Shown: one piece after another, positions 9,973-18,500 of the stretch
How positions within the stretch are numbered: position 1 is the stretch's first letter
Layout: each line of letters starts with the position of its first letter
IMG/VR virus record: IMGVR_UViG_3300031862_000640
DNA: 64,000 bases
DNA from: an uncultured virus (IMG/VR IMGVR_UViG_3300031862_000640)
Taxonomy: Duplodnaviria; Heunggongvirae; Uroviricota; Caudoviricetes
Strand: one strand, 5' to 3'
The notes under the pieces: model-generated
Seen by the model: the letters and a program-made list of their open reading frames with translations, nothing else
Told to the model about the DNA's origin: nothing
The model's database searches: none
Made by a program: the position numbers and the translations under genes

Positions 9973-10589
9973 GACAAATCACCAATCCAAACTGTAACAT
10001 AAAGCATCGGGTAGCCGCTACAAAATGAAGGAAACGAGTTAGGGCTACACCAAACACGCAGAACATCGTCTACTTTACCGTTCCAATCAACATCAGTCTC
10101 AAAAACTGAGTCAACCCGCGAATTCATCGCGATTGTTTTAGATTGATTGATTGCAATAGTATTCATCTGTGGAACGCAGTAAAGATAGCCATCGGTTTTT
10201 TTGATAGGCAAGTAGACATGGCTTGCGTTGAAAGGAACGTTGGAACCTGACCTACCAACCAACATCCAACCCCATTGTTGTGAGGCTGATTGGACTCTTG
10301 TTGTGTTTATCCACCATGTAGCATTAGCTTCGAACATGACGGAAGGGTAGCGCGCGCTACTGTTAATCATGTCTGCACGTAATTCCACAAAGATTTTCGA
10401 CTCAGACTTATGATCTTGTTGGGTTATGAAAGCTTCCAACATTGCCGCAACCGAGATGGATACTGCAAGGATGACAGCTATTAGAATAATGGCAACAAGT
10501 TTGGGTTTCACATTTTTTTCTGTGCTTGTCAATTCACTCGTCCTCCGCGTATTCCTCATACTCCTTCCGACCCTGCCACGAAGCGACAA
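9969..10589 (-). CDS. second protein with pilin-like hydrophobic helix (start probably near 10532)
   Basis: LVAIILIAVILAVSISVAA, similar to 7327-7890. Confidence 0.5.
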   Translation of the reverse strand: MSLRGRVGRSMRNTRRTSELTSTEKNVKPKLVAIILIAVILAVSISVAAMLEAFITQQDHKSESKIFVELRADMINSSARYPSVMFEANATWWINTTRVQSASQQWGWMLVGRSGSNVPFNASHVYLPIKKTDGYLYCVPQMNTIAINQSKTIAMNSRVDSVFETDVDWNGKVDDVLRVWCSPNSFPSFCSGYPMLYVTVWIGDLS

Positions 10590-10778
10590 AGAGAAGGATA
10601 CCTAAAAACACAAAGACCGCAGCGAAAGCTACGGTTATTATGAAGTCATCAAAGAAGTAAAGCGAAACCTTTAGGTTGCGTAGCTTCAAGAATAGCAGAA
10701 ATAGTCCGCATCCAAGACAATTTGTGCCCGCAATAATGCCCGGCAGCAAACTTATTTTGTCCACACGTTTCCAGATGG

Positions 10779-12815
10779 TCATTTGGCTCGTACTCCTTGG
10801 TCCGTTACTTCGAGAACGGCACAATCATCCAAGCTTATGAAGGTTTCATGGAAAAGTTTGTTTTCTCCAAGTGCCAAGACCAACTCGTCCTCTGTGAACA
10901 ATATTTTCGGACGTTTCCGCAGGAAAGCAATCATTTTTTCTCTGAGCGCAAAATCTAAGAGGGGCTCTGGATGGAACAAGTTATCTGGGGTTACTTCGAC
11001 TACTTTAGGCGTTCCATGCTCGCCCGGCGCCATTAACGTTCTCCCTAATTCCGAGCCTTCTTCAGTTGCAGGTTGCGTTTTTTCAGGTAAAACCGCAGAC
11101 TTTGTTTCCGCTACCAAGGGGGCAACATCTGCGGCAAGACGAAACTTGCCGACCTCCTTCACAAGCTGTTCTACAGAGCTGAAGATTCTGTCCGCTAATC
11201 TGATAGCTTGCTCCTGCTTTTTCAACTGAAGCGCAGACTGTTTTAGTTCAGCTGCCAAAGTCTTGCCTTGTTCCTGCATTTTAGCAAGTTCCTCGTATGT
11301 TGGTCGATGCTTCAGGGTTTCCTTCAAAGCAAGATTGTCCGATTGTAAAGCACGAAATCGTTCCATCAAATCATCGTAGGATTCTCGAAGTTTGTCCAAA
11401 CTGTTCTGAAGTTCAGCTATCCTATTGATTTCTCGCTTGGCCACGTCTGTTATGTAGAGGCGTTGCAGCATACTTCGATACTTTATAGGTCTTCCGCCAT
11501 CATTGACAATGACCTCAGCCTTGAAAGTTCTGTTGATCTCCGCTATGACGTTGGCTACGGCATCTTTGGATGATGTCAGAAAGGCGGCCAGTTGCTCTCG
11601 GGTGCGCCCAGGTTCACGCTCGATTTTGATGAGCAACTGTTGTGCTCTTGTGCTCAGCTTGGTTATTGTGTTCTTCACTATTGGATGTTCGAATGGGTCT
11701 GTTATGGGCGCGGCTCCGAATGAGGCTTGACGACTTACTGCATCCAGTCTTTCACTTAAACCTTTAACTTCATTCTTCAAGTTCAAGATTGTAGTTCGAT
11801 TTTCAGCTTCAACTTTATGCTTGAAAGTAGCGAGTTTTTCTTCTGCTTTCGCGCTTGCTTTGGTCTCCGCTTCTTTCTTGATGACTTCGATGTCGATTGT
11901 CGGCTTCAGTTTCTGTTCAATGATCTTGGGCATACTGGCTGATAGCCGTTTGACAACTTCGGCGAGCTCCTTAGGTGTCGGAGGAATGAGATCCGGTGTT
12001 GCGCCAAGATGTTTCGTTTCAACAGCGCCTATTTTGACGAAGCCTTCATGGTCTACTGCGGATCCTCCGATGTAAAACTGTCCTGGTTCCAGACTGTCGA
12101 CGTGGGGTTTACCGTCTGCCGTAGGCTTCCCGTCGACGCGAGGTCTTCTCAGAACAAGAGGGCTCACTTGCAGAAACTCTTTGATAACATCTAAGTCGCT
12201 GTCCCATTCGATTCTGCCGATTAACTTGAGTGTGGTACATTGAGATAAGACCATTTTGGACACGAATGCAGGCCGATGCGTAGTAATCATCAGTCCGATG
12301 CCTCGTTTTCCACCTTTTTTAGCCAAGTTTTTCAGCGCTTCAAGTGAAGTGGCTTTGGCAACACCCTTTTCGGGACAGAACTCGTCAGCCTCCTCGACCA
12401 CGAACCAGTAGGGCTTTCGTAACGTAGTTTCCATGAACATAAAATGGTTTATGAAACGGGAGACATATTCTTTGCCAACTTCTACATCAATTAAGGACAA
12501 GTCTATGATGACGGACAAATCCTCTTTCAATGTTGTTTCAGCGAGGAACTCGGCGGTTTCGACCTGTAGAGGCACGTCTTTTCCGATGATTAGAAAAGGA
12601 AACTTGGTTCGCAGACTTGCATACTCGCCTTCTGGGTCAATAATCACTATCCCTGCCTTGCCCACGAGTTGCTCTACAAGTCTTCGATTTGTCCAGCTTT
12701 TCCCATACCTTGTGACTGAGGCAATAAGGCTTCTGCCCATGATTATGGAGTCTGAATCAACTGTGAAAGACTCGTGGCTGTCAAGCGTTGTGCCTACAAC
12801 AATGGGTTCTGTCAT
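10779..12815 (-). CDS. HerA/FtsK-superfamily ATPase (DUF87-like) with C-terminal coiled coil
   Basis: Variant Walker A SVTRYGKS, IIDPEGEY, Walker B VVEEADEF, KGGKRGIG..THRP; start MTEPIVVG. Confidence 0.85.
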   Translation of the reverse strand: MTEPIVVGTTLDSHESFTVDSDSIIMGRSLIASVTRYGKSWTNRRLVEQLVGKAGIVIIDPEGEYASLRTKFPFLIIGKDVPLQVETAEFLAETTLKEDLSVIIDLSLIDVEVGKEYVSRFINHFMFMETTLRKPYWFVVEEADEFCPEKGVAKATSLEALKNLAKKGGKRGIGLMITTHRPAFVSKMVLSQCTTLKLIGRIEWDSDLDVIKEFLQVSPLVLRRPRVDGKPTADGKPHVDSLEPGQFYIGGSAVDHEGFVKIGAVETKHLGATPDLIPPTPKELAEVVKRLSASMPKIIEQKLKPTIDIEVIKKEAETKASAKAEEKLATFKHKVEAENRTTILNLKNEVKGLSERLDAVSRQASFGAAPITDPFEHPIVKNTITKLSTRAQQLLIKIEREPGRTREQLAAFLTSSKDAVANVIAEINRTFKAEVIVNDGGRPIKYRSMLQRLYITDVAKREINRIAELQNSLDKLRESYDDLMERFRALQSDNLALKETLKHRPTYEELAKMQEQGKTLAAELKQSALQLKKQEQAIRLADRIFSSVEQLVKEVGKFRLAADVAPLVAETKSAVLPEKTQPATEEGSELGRTLMAPGEHGTPKVVEVTPDNLFHPEPLLDFALREKMIAFLRKRPKILFTEDELVLALGENKLFHETFISLDDCAVLEVTDQGVRAK

Positions 12816-13126
12816 AGTTTTACCTCGCTGCCAAGATGGATTGCGAAACATGTGGGAGTATCAACATCTTTGTTGCCTTGCTCACTAAAGTTGTCTGGCG
12901 TTTGAATTCGCTCTATGTAAATGATTCTTTTTCTGAAGATACGTTTTCCACAAATAAACACTGCAAGTAAATTTTCAGGCATCCAAGCATCCCGATTGGG
13001 AACTTTTTCAAGTTTTTCTATTCGCTTTTTCCAAAAAGCTGAATCTCTACGGTATTCAATGGTTGTCTGGCCACGCGTTATTCGACGGAAATATTTTTTC
13101 CTTACTCTAAAGACAAGCGAGTTCAT
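12812..13126 (-). CDS. ASCH-domain protein
   Basis: KYFRRITRGQTTIEYR..FWKKR...FAIHLG. Confidence 0.7.
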   Translation of the reverse strand: MNSLVFRVRKKYFRRITRGQTTIEYRRDSAFWKKRIEKLEKVPNRDAWMPENLLAVFICGKRIFRKRIIYIERIQTPDNFSEQGNKDVDTPTCFAIHLGSEVKL

Positions 13127-13159
13127 GGTTTTTCACTTCTGAGCATGAGATTCATTAAG

Positions 13160-13708
13160 TCACACCTCATTGGTCAAGAAAGATGCTGTCAATATGTCAC
13201 TGATTGACCTATGTGAAGATGAGAATTTGTTCGTTTCACCTGAGAATTTCTCCTTTGCAGTTGAATTTGGCGAGTTTTCGATTAGCAATTCAGCAATTTG
13301 CCGTATGTGGAAGATGGCATTTTTGCGATAGAACAAACCGATGTGCTGAATCATGTTTATTAAGGTGTAAACTTTGTCCCGATATTTTTGTTGTGTGACT
13401 TTTCGTTTCGTATTCCATAAATGTTCGATCTCGCTGAGAATTGCAATCAGATGGGCGGCGAAAAGTATCTTCGCTTCTATGGTAAGGCATAGTTGTTCTA
13501 CGTGGCACAATTCTTCTTTGCCTTCGAGTATCATGTTCTTAAGTTTGGCGAGGTCGTAGTTCTTATATTTTTCATCGTTCAATGCAACTGATACAGCTTC
13601 TTCTTTGCTTTTGGCGCTCACGACTATGCCAAAAAGCGGGTCTTTACAACTGACAAGCCACTCTACCTTGCCCTGCTGCCTCTGTTGTTCCCAATAGTCT
13701 CCGTTCAT
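13160..13708 (-). CDS. hypothetical protein
   Basis: 182-aa coupled ORF. Confidence 0.5.
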   Translation of the reverse strand: MNGDYWEQQRQQGKVEWLVSCKDPLFGIVVSAKSKEEAVSVALNDEKYKNYDLAKLKNMILEGKEELCHVEQLCLTIEAKILFAAHLIAILSEIEHLWNTKRKVTQQKYRDKVYTLINMIQHIGLFYRKNAIFHIRQIAELLIENSPNSTAKEKFSGETNKFSSSHRSISDILTASFLTNEV

Positions 13709-14034
13709 AAAGTCACATCCCTTCCAGGAGTAAAACTAAAGACGGGTTTCCCTCTTGTTTTGAGAAAGTTCTGAACCTCAATGACCAAGTTGTTGAAGTC
13801 TGGCTCGTCGTTGGAAACAAAGAACAGATGACCGATGAACAGGTCTGTCTTCTGGTTGTTCTTGCTTTTCTGCAGGTGACCAGCGTAGAGGTTGAAGACT
13901 GTAGTTTTCGATTGGTAAGGTAACGGTTGTTTGCCACGCACAATGTCCATTAGGAAGTCGCTGACAGCTTTGGCAGCCATCAGAACATCTTCACGAAGAA
14001 GAACCCGTTTTCTCCATTTTTTTGATGTGCTCAT
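13705..14034 (-). CDS. hypothetical protein
   Basis: 109-aa coupled ORF. Confidence 0.5.
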   Translation of the reverse strand: MSTSKKWRKRVLLREDVLMAAKAVSDFLMDIVRGKQPLPYQSKTTVFNLYAGHLQKSKNNQKTDLFIGHLFFVSNDEPDFNNLVIEVQNFLKTRGKPVFSFTPGRDVTL

Positions 14035-14035
14035 T

Positions 14036-14452
14036 TTACACCGTCACCATCGTGATGTTGAAATAAACGTAACCCCAAGTAATGACATCAGACCTAGCGC
14101 CCACTTTCGTCAAGTTGACGAGAGCAACATTCTGAAACGCCTCTGCATACCCTTGCTTAAAAGCAAAACACGTAACTGGAATCGACTGATTTGACGGAAA
14201 AGGAGTAAAAACTTCAAAACGTCCAGACGTGTTTGTGAATCCTTTGCACATGTAGGTTGCATCGGTATAGAGTATAACAGTCACGTTGAACAGTGGTTTT
14301 GTCGCGTTGTCAACGATGAGTCCCCGACACGATAACACTTCACTAGGCGGTGCAATTGGACGCGTGAAATACCAAGCCATAGGAGTTCCTATGAACGCAG
14401 AAACAACCATCACTGCCACAAGAATTTTGTAGACGTTTTTTATCGTCGTCAT
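14036..14452 (-). CDS. membrane-anchored carboxypeptidase-regulatory-like protein
   Basis: TM then GLIVD..KPLFNVTV..TNTSGRF..KQGY; GGAGG RBS. Confidence 0.55.
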   Translation of the reverse strand: MTTIKNVYKILVAVMVVSAFIGTPMAWYFTRPIAPPSEVLSCRGLIVDNATKPLFNVTVILYTDATYMCKGFTNTSGRFEVFTPFPSNQSIPVTCFAFKQGYAEAFQNVALVNLTKVGARSDVITWGYVYFNITMVTV

Positions 14453-14475
14453 GCCTCCCTACAGCATTCGGACGG

Positions 14476-14661
14476 TTAAGAAGATTTTTTGATTGTGACA
14501 ACGCCTGTTTCAGTTGAGAACTCGATGGAAACCGGACATCCTTTTTCGTTATCAGGAATTTTTAGTGGAAACATCGTGTCGGCAGAAACTTCTTTTGGAA
14601 TGTAAATGAAATATTTTCCGTCGGGGCGACGATATATTCTCCCCATACCAGATTTTGGCAA
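14476..14661 (-). CDS. AbrB/MazE-like small DNA-binding protein
   Basis: KYFIYIPKEV...FPL...VSIEF...VTIKK; BRE/TATA GAAAGTTTTAA upstream. Confidence 0.55.
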   Translation of the reverse strand: MPKSGMGRIYRRPDGKYFIYIPKEVSADTMFPLKIPDNEKGCPVSIEFSTETGVVTIKKSS

Positions 14662-14759
14662 CAGAACACCGACAGACTTTATAGTTAGAATGAGTAGTTA
14701 AAACTTTCGTTTAGTTTATTCAGACTGAACAGGAACCGCAACCTTCTTTGTTAGAATTA

Positions 14760-15487
14760 TTGACACTCTCCCCGACTAAGTCGGGAGATTCTTGCTTCCT
14801 CGACTAAAACTTGCTCTGGCTCGCTGGCGAGAGTAGAGGTTTCAATTTCAGCAAGCGTTTCACTCTCCACAGTGGAGAGGACGGTTCGGGTGTGCCCCAC
14901 CCTACCATCGCTAAGCCTCGATGTTTAATGTTTCTCGCAGAATTATAGTCCCGTGGCATAATAGCCCCGCAGAAAGGACACCTATGCATTCTTTCTGAAA
15001 GGGCTTTCCACACTATTTCACCGCAGATGCTACATTCTTGAGTTGTTCCGTTAGGAATTACATGAACCGTGCGTTTACCAGCACTTTCAGCCTTGTACCC
15101 GACAAAGTTCACGAATTTACCCCAACCAGCATCCAACATCAACTTACGCATCGAGCTACCGTTAATCTCGATTAACCCTTCAATGTTCAAATCCTCAACC
15201 GCTATCAAATCATAGTGGTCTACATAGTAGCGACTCAGCTTATGCAGAAAATCGTTACGACGAAGCTCAACCCTTTCATGCACCAAAGCAACACGAACCT
15301 TCTGCCTGCGCCGATTACGGCTACCCTTCTTTTTCCTTGAAAGCTTCTGCTGCTGCTTCGCCAACAACTTCTCAGCTCTCTTCACGTTTCGCGGATGCTC
15401 AACAACAAGTCCGTCACTGTCAGTGCAGAAGAATCAAGTTTTCCATTGACTACGCAATTCATCTTCATGCCTAAGGCAGGAGCTTTC
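14760..15487 (-). mobile_element. internally deleted IS200/IS605 (IS1341-type) element
   Basis: Right-end hairpin CCCGAC-TAA-GTCGGG, minus strand ending in TCAA; left-end-like GAAAGCTCCTGCCTTAGGCATGAAGATGAATT; tnpB fragment between them. Confidence 0.75.
14804..15430 (-). pseudogene. tnpB: 5'-truncated TnpB
   Basis: FLHKLS, IAVEDLNI, CSICG..CPFCG and RDYNSARNI present; N-terminal half and RuvC-I missing. Confidence 0.85.
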
Positions 15488-15524
15488 ATGCTAACATTTT
15501 TTTTAAAACTTACTGAGTTAATGA

Positions 15525-15541
15525 TGTTCGTCGGACGAACA
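15525..15541. repeat. 17-bp palindrome, copy 2
   Basis: TGTTCGTCGGACGAACA, intergenic. Confidence 0.9.
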
Positions 15542-15561
15542 GTGGTCGTCAAATAGTCTCT

Positions 15562-18500
15562 TCAGACTGGGCTTTTCTTTTTTCGAGTGCCGATAAATAA
15601 GACTGAGCCTAAACCGACTGCGAGTGTGGCTCCGACAATAGTTTGTATTGTGTATGGCGATGATTGGATAGGCGGTAAAGCGACTGTGAACTGGGCAATG
15701 CAGTTTACTTGGGATTGTGAAGGAGGAATTCCTCCTTCAGCAGTGACGATGACGGTTATTTGCTGAGAGCCTAGCGAGACTGTGTCTGGCACGATTACAA
15801 GGATAATTAGCGTTGCTGTTCCGTTGTCCATGCCAAGTTCTCTGTCAAAGGTTTTGGGAAGCTGCGGAAACGTCACTGACCAGTCGGGGCCGATGAACGA
15901 CATGTTAGTCACGGTGATTTGGTTTGCGCCGACCCAAGTTATTGTGAATGAAATGTAGATTTGCTGTCCTCTTGCGACGCTGCCTAACGATACTAAGCTC
16001 CCATAAAAAGTAACTGGAGCTATTTGTGATGGAGTCAACGGTCCTCCAGGAGGAGACACAGGTGCGGTCCATATCCAAAAGACTGTTATGGATGTTGACA
16101 CAAAGCTTGTCAGATTGTAAGTGTTATCTACTATTTCTGAGCAATCGAATGTGTGCCAAACACCTCCAGACGCAAATATTATTTGTCCATGTGTTGTCCA
16201 ATTTTGTAGCCATATTGCTGCATCTTGTGTAACATTTAACACGAAACTTGTGACAATACTGTTGTCATACTGTCGATTGATGGTCCAATTGATGTTTACT
16301 GTTTGACCGCCTTTCGGGTTTGTTGCGCTCGCTGAAAAGCTGATGCTAAGTCTATCCCATATCGCCGTTGGATTCGTCACGTTGATTTCGAATACTGTTA
16401 TGCCGTAGGCTTGGTTGAGTGAGGACACTGTGAAGGTGTAGTTGCCCACTGATGCTTGTGTTCTGGAACTTTTGAACCAGCCATGCGTTGCATCCCATGT
16501 TAACAAACCAAAATTCGCTGTAATCACGTCGCCTGAGCCCAATGGAGTATTGTCAAAAAGAAGAAGCCCTTTGACCCTGAACTCTATGGGCGCGGTGATG
16601 TCCACTCTTGAAATGTTCAACGCTTCATAGTAAATCCGCGCTTTATCCCAGATTGCCGTAGGTGCAGAAACGCTGACACTGAAGCTGGTTATTGTGTAGA
16701 TGCTTTCTTGGACACTTGTTACTGTAAAAGTCCATTGTCCAATCGTACTTTTAGAGAATGAAACTTCAAACCAATTGTTTACAGCATCCCAAGTCAATGT
16801 GGTTCCGTTCACTTTCACTGTGTCTCCACTTCCAAACGCATAAGAATCGAACGACAGCATTGCGCTCACACGAACTTCAACTGTACTGTTTATGTCGACG
16901 CGAGGATGGTCGACCGTGAAGTAGTACACGTTTGCCTCATCCCAAATGATTTCGGGGTCCGCTGGAATTTGTCCGTAACTTGTTACGCCGTCCACGTTCA
17001 CATCTGTTATAGCCAAAACTTTTTTGGTGACTGTGCCGAAGGTAAAAGTCGCAGTGGCCCATCCTGTGCCGTTTATACTAAAGTTCGTGCCGTTCACATA
17101 TAAAGTTCCCGTGGTGCAGCTGGTGAGATTGCTACTCCAACGACAATGATAGTAGGCTAAGGCTTGCGTTCCAATGTTTATTCTGCTGTCTGCAATGTTG
17201 ATCTGGTCGATTTCAACGAAAAGATTCGCCCAAACCACAGTCAACGTATTAGTTGTGTAGACTGTTAAACCATAAGTGTTTTCAGTCACATTTTCCGTTG
17301 TGTAATGATAGATGGCATTGCCTGCGGAGTAATCTGTGAAGTTGCCTGCGGCAAAGTGCGTGCCATTCCTTAAAATGTTAACGGTCCAGCTTATAACATG
17401 CGCTCCACCATACTCGTAAGTGGCAGTGATTATGGAATGAATTGTTTGTCCAGCGTCTGGATTCGTCGAGTTAGCGAGTATGGAAATCACAACTCTGTCC
17501 CAAATCACAGCAGCTGATTTAGAATTTTGGTCAACTGTGGTTATTCCATAAGAACTTTCAGCAGAGCAGGCAACCGTGTTGTAAGTGACGGAAGTTACAG
17601 TCGAAGATGTTCTGGTAAGTCTATATACGCCTGAACCTTGATGCGTAGCAGAGTAACCATTTATCGTAATAGTGGCAGTTGTACATACTGTATCGTCGTA
17701 ATCAAACCAAATCAAGGCGTCAATGGTTACAGCATCATTTATATTATCCCTAGAATCTGAAACACTATATGACTGCACTTGGAGTTTATCCCATATTATT
17801 GTCGCCGTTTTAGAATTAATATTACCCGCAGTTATGCCATGTGTGGCTTCGTTACCAGACGTAAAAGCATTGTACGTTGTTGAGGTTACGGAAGAACTAG
17901 ATACTGTCGTTCCCTCAAATCTACTGTTGCCAGCAACCCATGAAAGTGCTAATCCACTTATAGTTAGACTGTCACCAGAGCCTAATGCATGGCTGTCATA
18001 TTCTAAACTTGCAGTGGCATAAAGAGTTGAAGTTTCTACTCCATTCGCATTTATTCTTGTGTCGCTTAGACCTAAAGAATCTATATGAATTCTGTCCCAA
18101 ATAGGCGTAGCTGAAAATGCTGACGATACAGTCCATGACCTAGCGGTTGTTGACCTGCACTGTTTGCCAGAAGTTGAAGTGGCAGAGAAAGTTAAAGTTG
18201 TTGAATCATCGCACCAATCGTTCCACGAAGTGTATAACCCAGAAACCGTAGCAGATGAGCCATCTAATGTTCTAACAGTTATATCTACAGTATCTCCAGA
18301 TAACGTTCCTCCAAGTGTAATACTTGGCTTCCATTGATGGATATATGTAATTGTTGCAGAAAAGGCACTTGATACCGTCCAAGACCTAGTAGAAACAGTA
18401 TGCAATCTTTCAGTTGCTGAGCCGCCTCCAGTGTTTACATCGTTGAAGGTTAGTGTTGTACCAGAATCACACCAATCTGACCAACTTGTATATAGACCAC

